Positions 12,561 to 26,764 are shown, counted from the first letter of the stretch. The stretch is 64,000 nt of DNA from Geosiphon pyriformis uo1 (GCA_016748015.1 JAAOMT010000657.1:62001-126000), one strand, 5' to 3'. The notes: a model not told the origin generated them from the sequence alone. Translations and numbers: made by a program.

Positions 12561-14104
12561 TAAGGCTGATAAATAATGGTTTTAACTAGGAAATCCTTTC
12601 CAAAGAAATTGATATTGGCATGATTAGGTCTTTAATTAGAGTTATTATTGTTAATAGTTCTGTTGTTTTGATTATCATTGTTTCTGGGAACTGAAGGGGG
12701 TAAGAGAAGATTGTTGCAATCTCTTAAAAAATGTCCAGTTAATCCATAGTGATAGCACACAGGTGGGCCACGATTTTGTTGTCTTTGATAAAGTGGTTGC
12801 TGAAACTAATTGAAGCATGGCTCAAATCTGGGTCTTTGAGGTTGCTGGTTATCTTTGACTGCTTGGGCTAATGGTTCTAATAGCTGAGCAAAATTTGCTG
12901 TGAGTCTATCTATCAACTGTTCATTTGGGTCTTGAGTTTGGGCAGCAAAAGAAATAGCAGCCATTTGGGGAGCAGGAGCCATAACAGAAGCAGAAGCAAA
13001 AACTGGAAGTGTAGATTCCAAGTGCATTCTTTGGTTGTCTTTAATTCTTTGGGCAAGTTCAATGGCCATGTTCATTGTAGGATTATTTTTTAGAGCCAAA
13101 AGAGACCAAAGAGCATAGGATAAGTCGGTTCTCAATCCTTTTGTAAAGAAATGAATCTTTTGTTCTTCTGTCCAGTTTCTTTCAAAGTCCACTAATTTGA
13201 TTAACTTTCTGATTGCTTTGGCATATTCAGTTACTACTTCTCCTGGACTTTGAGTTCTTCTTTCCAATTCCATGTGCCACTTGGATATCAAGATTGGAGT
13301 TCTGAACTTGTTTTCAAACTGGGTTGTGAAAGAGGTGTTGTTTTCTCCAGCATTTGCTGGCATCCATCTAATGATTCTTTGATGGGCATTGACATCAGTT
13401 TTCTGTGAGAACCAGGTGGCAGAGGAGCCTTGAAGGTAGCCACCAACAATTTGAAACTTGTACTCATCATTGTATTGGTTAGCTGTAGCAGCTCTCTCAA
13501 AGTCATCCAATCATTCAATTGGATCTTGTGCATCATCTCTAAATAATAGTAGTGAAGTGTTGTTTTTTTGCCCCAAAACAGTTTGTATACCTTGGAGGGC
13601 AGCCAGAATGTTTGCTTGCATTGGATCTTAGACCATTGGTTCAGGAGTTACTGTTTGTGTGGAGTGCTCTGATTTACTTAAGAAAATATCAAAAATAGGG
13701 GCAGTTTGGTAACTTTCTTCTTCTGTTTCAAAGGAGTTTTCAACTAGTTGGTGAGCAGCAATCCAAATATGGATTTGGTGATTCAGATATTCGAAATCAG
13801 GGGGCTGTTGTTCAAAAGTTGTGGAGTATAAGAGCTGATTGATGTTGGTATTTCTTTCTTCAAAATTGTCTTTAAAATAAGCTTGATCAAAGTAATAGAT
13901 GGTATAAGCTGTGTAGGTTTCAGCTGAATGCTCATTCAGAAACCAGTTTCAAAAGTCTTGAAATTGTTTACTGGATTGTTTTTCAACAGAAAAACAGATC
14001 AAGCAGAAGGGCAGAGGATTGAGTTCAATAAACTCTAGGTCGTTTCTGTTGTGTGCTGCAAAGTGTTCTTCTGATTGCTGTGGCAAGTATAAATAATCAC
14101 CCAT
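12552..14104 (-). pseudogene. gag: GypB-2 gag
   Basis: WLDDFERAATANQY capsid-like region, QxPGEVVTEY, CCHC knuckle. Confidence 0.88.
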
Positions 14105-14131
14105 ACAATAAAGAAATAAGTAAATTTTGAC

Positions 14132-14150
14132 AACCTCACAGGGAGCACCA
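14132..14150 (-). promoter_or_regulatory. GypB primer-binding site (probably elongator tRNA-Met)
   Basis: TGGTGCTCCCTGTGAGGTT on the minus strand, 6 nt from the LTR. Confidence 0.85.
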
Positions 14151-14156
14151 CTTTTA

Positions 14157-14833
14157 TGTTACGGGTTGGAGTAACAAGCTAATGGATAGCAAGAGAAAAC
14201 AGGATTGTAGGGTGATGGAAATAATCAAAGAGAATTTCAACTTTAAAGAACAAATTGAATGAGTATGGACTCAATGTACAAGATCAGTCTCATAAAATAT
14301 CTCAGTCACTATTCTTTTCAAAGATAATTGGGGAATATGAAGGTAGAGAAATAGTCTGTACTATCAACAATTGATTACCACTGGTATAATTCTATGCCTC
14401 ATGTCAGCACTTTTAGAATTCAATATTAGGTATCAACTTGTGCTTTTTAGTCATATTTATTCAAATAATCTTTAAATGCTACAATTATATACGTCAGAAA
14501 AAAGCCAACAAGTAATCTTTTATCTTTAAAATGTTCAGATAGTTGAAGGTAGGAAAAGAAAAATTAGCGATAAGAGAAGGATTGAGATGAAAGTTGTTAT
14601 TTTATTTATTCTTGATTATTCAGATGCTTGTTATTATATGCTTTTCTACAGCTAAGAAATTCATTGCTTATATAGCTATCAAAAGTGGTCAATGATCAAG
14701 TCAATGATCAAGTCAACAGTTAGGTCATTAATCAGATCAATGATCACTTTCTAAAAATAGTATGGCTAATTATATGACATCAGTGGCTAATACATGTGAT
14801 AATTAATAAGAAGTATAGGTTTCAACTGTAACA
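14157..14833 (-). repeat. GypB-2 5' LTR
   Basis: TGTTA...TAACA, adjacent PBS. Confidence 0.93.
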
Positions 14834-16564
14834 GTAGGGTTATCCTTCAGAGCCAAGAGAGGCCAAAGAGCATAAGATAAATCAGTTCTCAGTCTTTTCA
14901 TAAAGGAATGAATTTTTTGCTCTTCTGTCCAGTTTCTTCCAGAGTCTACACACTTGATCAATTTTCTGATTGCTTTGGCATATTCAGTTACCACTTCTTC
15001 TGGGCCTTGGGTTCTTTTTTTTAATTCCATGCACCACTTGGATATTAAGATTGGAGTTCTGAACTTGTTTTCAAACTGGGTTGTAAAAGAGGTGTTGTTT
15101 TTTCTGGCATTTGCTGGCATCTATCTAATGATTTTTTGATGGGCATTAGCATCAGTTTCCTGTGAGAACCATGTAGTAGGGGAGCCTTGGAGGTAGCCAC
15201 CAACAATTTGAAACTTGTACTTATTATTGTATTGGTTGGCTGTAGTAGCTCTCTTAAAGTTATCCAACCATTCAATTGGATCTTGGGCATCACCTCTGAA
15301 TAATGGTAATGGGGTGTTGTTTCTTCATCCTAAAGCAGTTTATATACCTTGAAGGGCAATCAGAATGTTTTGTTGTAGAAGGTCTTGAGCCATTGGTTTA
15401 GGTGTAACTGTTTGTATAGAGTGTTTTGATTCACTTGAAAAGAGATCAAAAACAGGAGCAGTTTGATAGCTTTTTTCTTCTGTTTTAAGAGAAGTTTCTG
15501 TTGATTGATGGGCAGCAATCCAAATGTGGATTTGATAATTCAAATATTCAAAATCAGGGGGCTGTTGTTTAAAGGTTGCAGAATATAAAAGCTAATTGAT
15601 ACTGTTGTTTCTTCCTTCAAAGTTGTCTTCAAAATAAGCTTGGTCAAAGTAATAGATTGTATAAGCTGTGTAAATTTCAGCTGAATGCTCGTTCAAGAAC
15701 CAGTTCCAAAAGTCTTGGAATTGTCTGCTGGATTGTTTTTCAATGGGAAAGCAAATCAAGCAGGAGAGCAAAGGATTGAGTTTAATAAAGTCTAGATTGT
15801 TTTTGTTGTGTGCTTTAAAGTGTTCTTCTGATTGTTGTGACAGATATGAATAATCACCCATACAATAGAAAACAAAATAGATTTTGACAATCTTACAAAA
15901 AGCACCACTTTTATGTTATGGGTTGGAATAACAAACTAATGGATAGCAAGAGAGAACAGGATTGTAAGGTGATAGAAATAATCAAAGGGAATTCAACTTC
16001 AATGAGCAAATTGAATGAGTATGGATTTAATGTGTAAGATCAGTCTCATAAAATATCTCAGTCGCTATTCTTTTTAAAAGGTAATAAGAGGATCTGAAAG
16101 TAGAGAGATAGTCTGTACTGTCAACAATTAATCACCACTAGTATAATTCTATGCCTCATGTCAGCGCTCTTAGAATTCAATATCAGGTATCAACTTGTGC
16201 TTTTTAGTCACGTTTATTCAAATAATTTTCAAATGCTACAATTATATATGTCAGAAAAAGGCCAACAAGTAATCTTTTATCCAAAAGATGTTCAGATACT
16301 TGAAGATAGGGAAAGAGAAATTAGCGATAAGAGAATGTTTGAGATGGAAGTTTGTTATTTTATTTCTTTGATTGTCTTGATTCCTTACATTGATCTTTTT
16401 CTACAGCTAAGAGACTCATCACTTATATATCTATTGAAAGTGGTCAATAGTTAGGTCATTGATCAGGTCAATAATTACTATTTAAAAATAGGGTGGCTAA
16501 TTATATGACATCAATGGCTAATACATGTGATAACTAATAAAAACTATGAGTTTCAACTATAACA
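14834..16564 (-). mobile_element. GypB-1 right part (gag N-terminus, PBS, 5' LTR 15914-16564), inserted into a GypA LTR
   Basis: gag continues across the GypB-2 TSD; flank ATAT is followed by GypA LTR sequence. Confidence 0.9.
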
Positions 16565-16821
16565 ATATATTAACAGACAGCTTACTAAAAGGACACAACT
16601 GCCAGATTAAACTGGTCACCACACTGAAAACAGAAATTGGGAAAACAACTTGAGGAAAACAATTTAAACCAATCATAGTAAATCTCTGTCCATTTTACAA
16701 AGAACTCTGCAACAAATCTTCAAATTCACCAAACCTTCAGATATCAACACCAGAATACCAAACCAGCACCAAATTATGGATTTGTTATTTGACTTGAAAC
16801 TCCAAATAATCATCTGTAAAA
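16565..16821 (+). repeat. GypA-2: 3' end of a GypA LTR, inserted in LINE-a ORF1
   Basis: Aligns with 5760-6034 (AGCTTAC..., GAAATTGGGAAAAC, AATCTCTGT, ACCTTCAGAT, TTTGTTATTT). Confidence 0.8.
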
Positions 16822-19800
16822 ATGCCATGTTTATGGAAACAAACTAAGAAAAAGGGTAGAAAACTGTTGTTTATGGGACCAAGAGACATGTGCTTTTTGT
16901 ACAAATATTGAATATACCAGAAAAAAACATGGGAAAAAAAGTAGGGTAGATTTACAATCTGTTGGGGGATGTCAGTTATCTCTTAGAGGCTGTAATGGTG
17001 GAAAACCAAAAAATTTGAATAAACTTCTTCCAAATTGCTAGAAGAGATCAAGCTAGAAAAATTCTGGCAAATATAGAAATTGAATCATTTTTGATGGCAA
17101 CTAATGGCATAGCCAATTAAATGGCTGGTCAAAAAAAGGTTCTGATTAGAAATATTTCCTTAGATATTTCTGACAGAGAAATTGGAGCTGCCATAAAAGA
17201 ATTTGAAGAGGTTAAAAAAGTCCAAATTAAAGTGGCTGGAAAATAACAATCAGCAATAGTTGAATTTAACAACCAAAAAAAGGCAACTAGAGCTGTGAAC
17301 TAATGGTTAACTCTAATCAAAAAAAATGCAGTTAGGATATACCCAATAATAAGAACCCAAAAGATTATTAAGTAAAGAAAAACTTGGAAAGCTAAGTTTA
17401 TTGGCCTACTACAGAACTGTACTGCCCATTATCTGAGTACTACTCTGAATTAAATCAAAATCCAATTTTGGTTTATTCTAAGAACTAGCAAAAACTACAC
17501 CAGAATGGGATGTGCTTACATAGGATTTAATAGTAAAGCCAGTTATTATAATATTACCAATAAGCCCTTGGTGATTGGAAACACATTGGTTTATTGGATG
17601 TCTACTAATACTAAAGAGTATTATTTTTGTTATTAAATAGGACACTTGGTCTTAAAATGTCTTACCTTACTTAAAAAAAAAAAGAAAAATACCAAGAAAA
17701 TTACCAACAACATATGATTGGCCAAGTTGTATGTCAAAAAAAATGTACTAAAAAAACCCATCAAGACTTTTGGAAGAAAATTATATACTGAAATGGCAGC
17801 ACTAAACCCAACTTATAATAAGAACAAAGCAAATTTAAGTGGATCTCAAAAAGCTGGTTCACAAGCAAACAACAAAGAAAACCAACCAAAAAAAAAAACA
17901 GACCAGCTATAGAAGACCGAAATTAATGAATTAAGACAACAGATTAATGAAATAACCAAATTATTGAATATTGTAACTGCCAAACTTGAAATAACTGTGA
18001 AAAAAAGAAAAAAAAAAGAAAACAAAATAGTGAACCAACTACCAAGTCATATACCAGAAAAAATAAAAAAAAGAAATAATAAAAAAGCAAACCAAGATAC
18101 TACTCCCAGACATAACTTACAAGAAGAAAAAGAGGCATACAATTCAGAGAAAAAAATCAATGAAATTAAAAAAACTCTGGAACTTATTATAATACTACTA
18201 AAACAAGTAAAAAAACAGAGTAATTGGAATAGTACTACAGCTAAAGAACCTAAATCTATGGAAACAGATAATATTTAGTATATCCAATCTTAATTTAAAA
18301 CAGAATATTTTCAATAATAATTCTTGGAAAATTGGAACTATTAATGTTAAAGAACTTAACAATTTTGGCAAAGCTAAAAAAACATTACAATGGATTAAAA
18401 AAGAAGAGTTTGACTTTGTAGTCATTACAGAAACTAAACTGATTTTACTCAAAGAAAAAGAAGTGTTTTTTGGCTCTGAAAAATATCATGCTTTCTGGGA
18501 GTCAAGCATTGAAAAACAAATGGGAACTGGGGTGGGTATACTGGTTAAAAAATGTTGGACTTACCATATAGAGATAATTAAGGTTTATTATGGAAGATTA
18601 TTACATCTAGTATTAAAATTTAGGAGTAAAATAAGTGTCTACATAGTTGGATTGTACATGTCTGCTTCAAAATTAACTACTAAAAAGGCAGTAACAAAAA
18701 AAATTAGGAAGCTTTTAGCAAACATTGTGTTAAACAATGAAATAGTTATAGTAACAAGTAATTTAAATGAAGATCTGACATCCAAATTACTTGAAAAAAC
18801 ATTTGCCACAAATAAAAGAAAAAAATGTTTCACTATGACAATGTTGTAACAAATAAATCTGGTAGATACACATAGAGTATATGCAGCAAACAATCCAAAT
18901 AATACATGAGCATCAAATAGAGTACAAAAAAGATTAGACTATATGTTTATTGATGTTGTTACAGCTTTACTGGTTATAAACATTGGAGTGATTAATGTCA
19001 AAGAGTTAATTAACACTGATCACAAAGCAGTAATAACAATTATTTGATCTGGCAAAATATTGGCAAACATTAAAAAATTTAGATCTGAGAGAAAAAAGAG
19101 TAGTACAACTATAATTGATGTTAAGAAAGCATTTAGAGTACAATGGAAAGCCTATACAAAAGAAACTGATCAATTAACAAATGAAGCACAAAGAAAATCA
19201 GTAGATAACAGCAATAATAATCTAAACCAGATGTGGCTTACAATCAAGAAAACTGTGTTACAAGCTGCTAATTGTCTACCAAAAAAAAAGTAAGAGCCTA
19301 ATCTGTATACACAAAGAAAAAATACATAGATTACAAGTTTGTTAAGATTGTTATTGATATAATTAAACAAATAAGAATAAACAATACAGATATGCATAAT
19401 AACAATGTTATACAGCTGTTGGCTAAATGAAAACAACTGAAACCTGAAGCAATAAATGCATATTTAATAACTCTCCCAAAAGATAAGCTTATTACAGAAT
19501 TACTCAACATCAAAAAAGAATACAGATCAACACTACACACTAGGATCAGGCTACAACAGCAAAGACAGATAATGAACAATATCATCAAAAGACAACAAAA
19601 CTTTGAACTAAACAAAGAAGCAATAATCAAAAACATTCTGAACAAAAAAAAACAAAAAATAATACTGGATTATGTTACTAAAGAAGACAAATTTCATGAT
19701 GATCTTGATAAAATCAAAAAACTAGTAAACAAAAAAGCTTAAGGTTAAACTAAAACAAAAATTCTTGAACCTAAACTATGGAAAAGTTGGAAATATAGGT

Positions 19801-19843
19801 TTAAGCTAATTGACAGCATTTCAGACTATGTCTTTGATGGTAT
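16822..19843 (+). mobile_element. LINE-a: non-LTR retrotransposon fragment (ORF1 with RRM and knuckle; ORF2 APE endonuclease), heavily decayed
   Basis: GTINV, ITETK, GTGVGILV, RLDYMF, TDHKAV APE motifs; ORF1 resembles LINE-c ORF1; 19035-19843 aligns with 26765-27570. Confidence 0.85.
18280..19843 (+). pseudogene. LINE-a ORF2 N-terminus (apurinic-like endonuclease)
   Basis: APE motifs in the frame of ORF 18463-18849. Confidence 0.82.
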
Positions 19844-21480
19844 TGTTATGGGTTGGAGTAACAAGCTAATGGATAGCAAGGAAAAACAGAATTGTAGGGT
19901 AATAGAAATAATCAAAGAGAATTTCAACTTTAAAGAGCGAATTAAATGAGTATAGATTTAATGTGCAAGATCAATCTCATAAAATATCTCAGTTGCTATT
20001 CTTTTCAAAGGTAACTGGGGAATCTGAAGGTAGAAAAATAGTCCGTACTGTCAACAATTGATTACCACTGGTATAATTCTATGTCTCATGTCAGTGCTCT
20101 TAGAATTCAATATCAGATATCAACTTGTGCTTTTCAATCATGTTTATTCAAATAATCTTCAAATGCTACAATTATATATGTTAGGAAAAAGCCAACAAGT
20201 AATCTTTTATCTTTAAGATGTTCAGATACTTGAAGGTAAAGAAAGGAAAATTAGTGATAAAAAAAGAATTGAGATAAAAGTTGTTATTTTATTTATTCTT
20301 GATTATTTAGATGCTTGTTATTACATGCTTTTCTATAGCTAAAAGATTCATTATTTATATAGCTATCAAAAGTGGTCAATGATCAGGTCAACAACTAGGT
20401 TAATGATCAGGTCAATAATCAGGTTAATGATCAGATCATTGATCAGATCAATGATCAGGTCAATGATTAGGTTAATAGTCAGATCATTAATCAGGTTAAT
20501 GATCACTTTCTAAAAATAGTGTGGCTAATCATATAACATTAGTGGCTAATACATGTGATAATTAATAAGAAGTATAGATTTCAACCATAATATCATCTTT
20601 TCCAAAGAGATTAAGCTCTGGTGAAATTAAATTATTTATAGTGTAATCTATTGGAAGAGTTTTATTTAACTTAAAGCTAACTAGTTTGTTGAAGTCTTTT
20701 GTCAATAAGGTATATAATACTTGAGGCGAAATAAGTTTTGTATTCAAGAGACCAAATCTTTATATTAGAGTTTTGGCTCTTTTAGCAATAGTTAAAACTC
20801 TTGAGACATCTAACCGTATAATGCCCAAAATTTCTGCCTGTATCTCTGAAGTTGTTTTCTTCATGAGTTTTATATCCTCTATGATTTCACCAAGGTGACC
20901 ATAGAGTTCTAATTGCCTTCCATATGACAAGTTTTTGTCTATAGGTAAGATTTCTTGAATTGTTTTTCCAATTGTGCTAAAAGATGAAAGTATTGCCACT
21001 GTTATACTTTCTAACAGATATTTATCCATTTTGCTACTAATTTTTTCTCTTTTGGTAGTAATTTTCTTTGGTCTGATAACAGTATGTGTTCTATTGTTGT
21101 CAGTTATGGTGGTCTGTTTTCCAATAGTCAGAATAGTTTTTGATCCAATACTCATAGAGAGTATAGAAAGCATTTTGAATGTTTTGATCCAAAAAATAAT
21201 TGTTCATGTTGATTAAAGATACCTCTGTTTTGGGAATGGTGCATTTATTTATACTTGATTTTTGTTGATCATTTGAGTCAGTATTACCACAATAGGCAAC
21301 CAATCAGGTCATTTGTGATATTTCTTAAGTCATGTGCTGTGAACAGGACAATCATTGAGAATTGTTTCAGATTGATCTTGAAGAATATAAGAATCATTGT
21401 TCAAAACTTTGTTGACTATAAAGGGTCTTTTTCACTGGCTAGAAAATTTATCACCATAGATATTGTCTCTGTTTGAATGG
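19844..21480 (-). mobile_element. GypB-3 3' fragment (INT C-terminus, ORF3, 3' LTR 19844-20592)
   Basis: ORF3 fragments 20562-21303; LTR with eleven 12-bp repeats; interrupted by GypA-3. Confidence 0.88.
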
Positions 21481-24400
21481 TGTTATAGTTGAATTATTTG
21501 GAATTTTAAGTCAAATAACAAACCTGTAACTTGGTGTTCAAAAGCTATTTCCGTCAATAATATTCTGCAAATGTTGTATCTGAAGGTTTTGATGGAGTCT
21601 TTTGTATAATGGACAGAGATCCGATAGTGCGGCGATTTGTTGTTTGTTGTTAATTGTTTTCCAATTTCTTTCTCAGCTTGGTGGCTAGATTTATTCTAAC
21701 AGTCATGTTCTTCTGGTAAGCTAACTGATAATATATATAAATCTACCCTTATTTCTGGGTCTTTTACCAGGCTATCCGTGATGTCAATAACTCAGTGCTT
21801 TTAATCCTCAATCAATTAGTAGGCACAACAGAATTAAAGAAAGAAAGAAATAAAATAAAGAAAATAACAATGAAAATAAGCCAAGGCAATTATAGCTATA
21901 ATCAAGAGCTATTGTTCCAGCGTGGTTAAGTATCAATTACTATCAACATAAAGTGTTGATAGTAATGAGTGGATTGAGATATAAAATAATTATTTATTTG
22001 ATAATTGGGAATTGGAAGGTTGCTTAGATTAAATCTAAATTGAGAGGTTCATCTTTTCAGCTTCTAATCTTGCTGCTATATATACATAATTAAGATTCCT
22101 CAATTCCTTGATTCTTCACAACAGGAATCCTGAAATTCCTGGAATTCTGTGATTTCTTTGAGAAGAATCTTGGAATTCTGGAATCCTGCAATTCCTCATC
22201 AGGAAATTCTGAAATTCCTGGAATCCTGCAATTCCTGAGAGAAATCCTAAAATTCCACATTTACTATGCCTACTTCTGATTGGCTACTAATCATGTTAAT
22301 ATATTTCCTATATTTCTATAAGTAATATTATTTCCTCTTTTTAATATTGAGCTTTATTGAAATCCAACTCGTTTAATTCCTCCTCTTGAAGTATTTCCTG
22401 GATTTTGTTTTCGAGAATTACTTGTGTTATTTGGGTCTGTAATTCTTCAAATTGAGCATTGGTGATCTTTCCCAATTGATTACTGGTAACCATATCCATT
22501 GATTTGTTGAGTAATATTTCTGGTCTATTCTAAAATGCTGTGTGTATTCGGTATATGGCTCAGGCCTGTGTGAATAAGTTGTTCTTTTCCACAAAATGTT
22601 CTAATTGTTGTAGTATTCTTTTGTCGAATAATTGCTTTGTTTTATCCGTATATAGATTCTGGATATTTATATGTTGTCCCAAGTAAAAATAACAATAGTT
22701 TCTTGAAAATTGTTGTATCCATTAATTTCAAGTTTCTTTAGTCAACTCTTAATATAGTGTCTCTTTTGTCAACTCTCTTATTGTTAATTTTACTTTCGCA
22801 ATGATTTTGTCCACCGTATTTTCAGTTTCTTCTGTGTTCTGGGTTGCAATGTCTTTCTAGTATTTTGATATCGAATGGTTTGTTGATTGATTGTAATCTC
22901 CATTTTCTGGTGTTGGATCAATTGAAAAAGTTGTTGTACTAGTAAATGAATGTTGTCTGTAATTTCCATTTTCTGATATTTTCTGTCATGTCTACCGTGT
23001 CTTTATATATTTTTTTGCTGAATTAATTTAACATGTTGTTGTCGATAATAACTATTGGTTTCAGATCTCGTGGAATCTCATCTGGTTGGACTATTATTCT
23101 CTGTACTCCTAATTGTAAAATATTACTGGTAGATGGTAGTGTAATGTTGTGGTATGGTTTCAGTCAATCTCCATGTGCTGCTTTGGTTAAAATTTTGTTA
23201 TCCAGTCTTAATTTGTAAGCTCCATTTTCTAGAATTTCTTTTATGTGAAATGATCCATCCTATTTGGGATTGAATTTTCAACTCCATTGTTTTTCCACTT
23301 TGGTATGATGTAAGAGTACTTTGTCTCCAATCTTGAATTCAACTGGTTTGTCTAGTAGTTGACTATTATGTCTTTTTTTCTGTTTCTTTTGTGACTTTTG
23401 AATATTATCAGCTGCTCTTCTTCATTTGTTTTTCAATGTTTCCATTAATTCATATGTTCTTCTTAGCAATGTTTCTTGAAAATTCTCTTCTGTTATTGAT
23501 TCAGCTAGATATGTACTAATTTTTCTTTTTACTGGTAATGTTGCTGTTCTATCATATACTAATTTGAATGGTGTTGCTTGTGTAGTACCTTGCTTCATTG
23601 TTCGATAAGCAAATAATACTGATGGTATGAACAAATCCCATTTGTCCTGGTTTTTTTGGCTGAGTTTGGTAATTGCTTTACACAATGTTCTGTTGAATCT
23701 TTCGACTAATCTATTGGTTTGTGGATGGTATGGTAATGATAATGATCTCTTAATTCTGAATCTTTGGCTCAATTCTGTTAATGTTCTGTTCACAAAATGA
23801 GTTCTTTGGTCTGATAATAATTCCTTTGGACATCCGTGTCAACAAATTAAATCTTGATGAACAAATTTGGCAATGGATTTTGCATCTGCTCTTTGAATTG
23901 CTTTCACCTCTGGCCATTTAGTGAGATAGTCCATGGCTACTGCTATATATCTGTTTTCTCTGCTGGTAATTGTTAATGATCCAACTAAATCAATTCCAAT
24001 CCAGTCAAATGGTTGTCCCATTTTGATTGGTCTTAATGGTTCATTGGGTCTTGTTCCTCCTCTTTGCTGATAAGCATTACAATTTTGAACATATTGGATG
24101 ATGTCTGAATACATTGATGACCAATAGTATTTTTTTCTGGTTTTTTCTATGATTGTTTCTTTGTGAAAGTGTCTGGCTGTTGGATTTGAGTGCATGTTGA
24201 ATAATATTGTCTCTTTTTTTGGCTCTGTAATTACTCTGGTTGGCTGATCTAGATCCCTCCTATTTTTCTGATAAAGTATATTTTGGTAAGTGATAAAATA
24301 TTTTGATTGTTGTTTGATCCTCTTTCATTCCATTTGAGATAAATTCTCCTTAAACTGTTGAATGTTTATATAATATTAGAGTTGTTAATATTTTTGTATG

Positions 24401-24797
24401 TTCATCTTTTGTTATTTTTCGTTGGTATTGTTCTGGTTTTGTTATATTTTTGGGTTGAAATGTTCTTAGATTTGTCTTATTCACGACAAATCATTAGCAT
24501 TTCTGTTGTCTTTTCTTTTCTTATAGTGTATAGTATAAGTATATCGTGATAGTGCCATTTTCCATCTGGATTGGTGACTGTCATCAAATTCTTGCTTTTG
24601 AAGTGATGTTAACCCTTTATGATTCATGTATATATCAAACTTTTGGCTTAAATATTCATTCCACTTCATGACTGCCCAATAGATTGCTAAATGTTCTAGT
24701 TCTGGTGTTCCATAGTTCTTTTCGGCTGGTGTTAGATCTTGGCTGGCATATGCTACTGGATGTTCTCTGCCATCTGGTCCCTTCTGAGATAGTATTA
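21481..24797 (-). mobile_element. GypA-3 3' half (RH C-terminus, INT 23023-24405, ORF3 22341-22969, 3' LTR 21481-22327)
   Basis: Colinear with GypA-1 2670-6034; truncated by a deletion junction at 24797/24798. Confidence 0.9.
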
Positions 24798-26764
24798 GTT
24801 GTTGGTTATCTCTGACTGCTTGGGCTAATGGTTCTAATAGCCAAGCAAGATTTGCTGTAAGTCTATCTATCAACTGTTCATTTGGGTCTTGAGTTTGGGC
24901 AGCAAAAGAAGTAGCAGCCATTTGAGAAGCAGAAGTCATGACAGGAACAAAAGCAAAAACTAGAAGTGTAGACCCCAAATGCATTCTTTGGTTGTCTTCA
25001 ATTTGTTGGGCAAGTTCAATAGCCATGTTCATTATAGGGTTATTTTTCAAAGCCAAGAGAGGCCAAAGAGCATAAGATAAATCAGTTCTCAGTCCTTTTG
25101 TGAAGAAATAAATTTTTTGCTCTTCTGTCCAGTTTTTTCCAGAGTCTACATGCTTGACCAATTTTCTGATTGCTTTGGCATATTCAGTTACCACTTCTCC
25201 TGAGCCTTGGGTTCTTCTTTCTAATTCCATGCACCACTTGGATATCAAGATTGGAGTTCTGAACTTGTTTTCAAACCAGGTTGTAAAAGAGGTATTGTTT
25301 TTTCTAGCATTTGCTGGCATTCATCTAATGATTTTTTGATGGACATTAGCATCAGTTTCCTGTGAGAACCATGTAGCAGGGGAGCCTTGGAGGTAGCCAC
25401 CAACAATTTGAAACTTGTACTCATCATCGTATTGGTTGGCTGTAGCAGCTCTCTCAAAGTCATCCAACCATTCAATTGGATCTTGGGCATCACCTCTGAA
25501 TAATGGTAATGGGGTGTTGTTTCTTCGCCTTAAAGCAGTCTGTATACCTTGGAAGGCAATCAGAATGTTTTGTTGCAGAGGGTTTTGAGCCATTGGTTCA
25601 GGTGTAACTGTTTGTGTGGAGTGTTCTGATTCACTTGAAAAGAGATCAAAAACAGGAGTAGTTTGATAGCTTTCTTCTTCTGTTTTAAGAGAAGTTTCTG
25701 TTGATTGATGGGCAGCAATCCAAATGTCGATTTGATGATTCAGATATTCAAAATCAGGGGGCTGTTGTTCAAAAGTTGCAGAATATAAAAGCTGATTGAT
25801 ACTGTTGTTTCTTCCTTCAAAGTTGTCTTCAAAATAAGCTTGGTCAAAGTAATAGATTGTATAAGCTGTGTAGGTTTCAGCTGAATGCTCATTCAAGAAC
25901 CAGTTCCAAAAGTTTTGGAATTGTCTGCTGGATTGTTCTTCAATGGGAAAGCAAATCAAGCAGGAGGGCAAAGGATTGAGTTCAATAAAGTCTAAATCGT
26001 TTTTGTTGTGTGCTTTAAAGTGTTCTTCTGATTGTTGTGGCAGGTATAAATAATCACCCATACAATAGAAAACAAAGTGGATTTTAACAACCTTACAGAA
26101 AGCACCACTTTTATGTTACGGGTTGAAGTAACAAGCTAATGGATAGCAAGGGAAAACAGGATTGTAGGATAATAGAAATAATCAAAGAAAATTTAACTTC
26201 AATAAGTGAATTGAATGAGTATGGATTTAATGTGTGAGATCAGTCTCATAAAATATCTCAGTCACTATTCTTTTCAAAAGGTAACAAGAGAATCTGAAGG
26301 TAGAGAGATAGTCCATACTGTCAACAATTGATAACTGCTGGTATAATTCTATGCCTCACATTGGCACTCTTAGAATTCAATATCAGGTATCAACTTGTGC
26401 TTTTCAGTCATGTTTATTCAAATAATTTTTAAATACTGCAATTACACATTTCAGAAAAGTGCCAACAAGTAATCTTTTATCTAAAAGATATTCAGATACT
26501 TGAAGATAGGGAAAGAGAAATTAGCGATAAGAGAATGTTTGAGATGGAAGTTTGTTATTTTATTTTTTTGATTGTCTTGATTCCTTACATTGATCTTTTT
26601 CTACAGCTAAGAGACTCATCACTTATATATTTATTGAAAGTAGTCAACAACCAGGTCAATGATCAGGTTAATGATCACTATTTAAAAATAAGGTGGCTAA
26701 TTATATAACATTAATGATTAATATATGTGATAACTAATAAAAACTATGAATTTCAACCATAACA
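24798..26764 (-). mobile_element. GypB-4 5' fragment (5' LTR 26114-26764, PBS, gag up to the junction)
   Basis: gag ORFs 25321-26061 and 24481-25320; LTR subfamily matches GypB-1. Confidence 0.88.

Larger units (their letters stand above)
7149..14833 (-). mobile_element. GypB-2 full-length Gypsy element (7685 bp) inserted in GypB-1 gag
   Basis: Two LTRs, PBS, gag, pol, INT, ORF3; TSD GTAG at 7145-7148 and 14834-14837 restores LKDNPTM. Confidence 0.95.

Noticed and set aside
19844-26764. A single GypB element with TSD GTAT/GTAA
   Set aside because: The LTRs are of different subfamilies and the flanking LINE sequences overlap by ~800 bp instead of abutting
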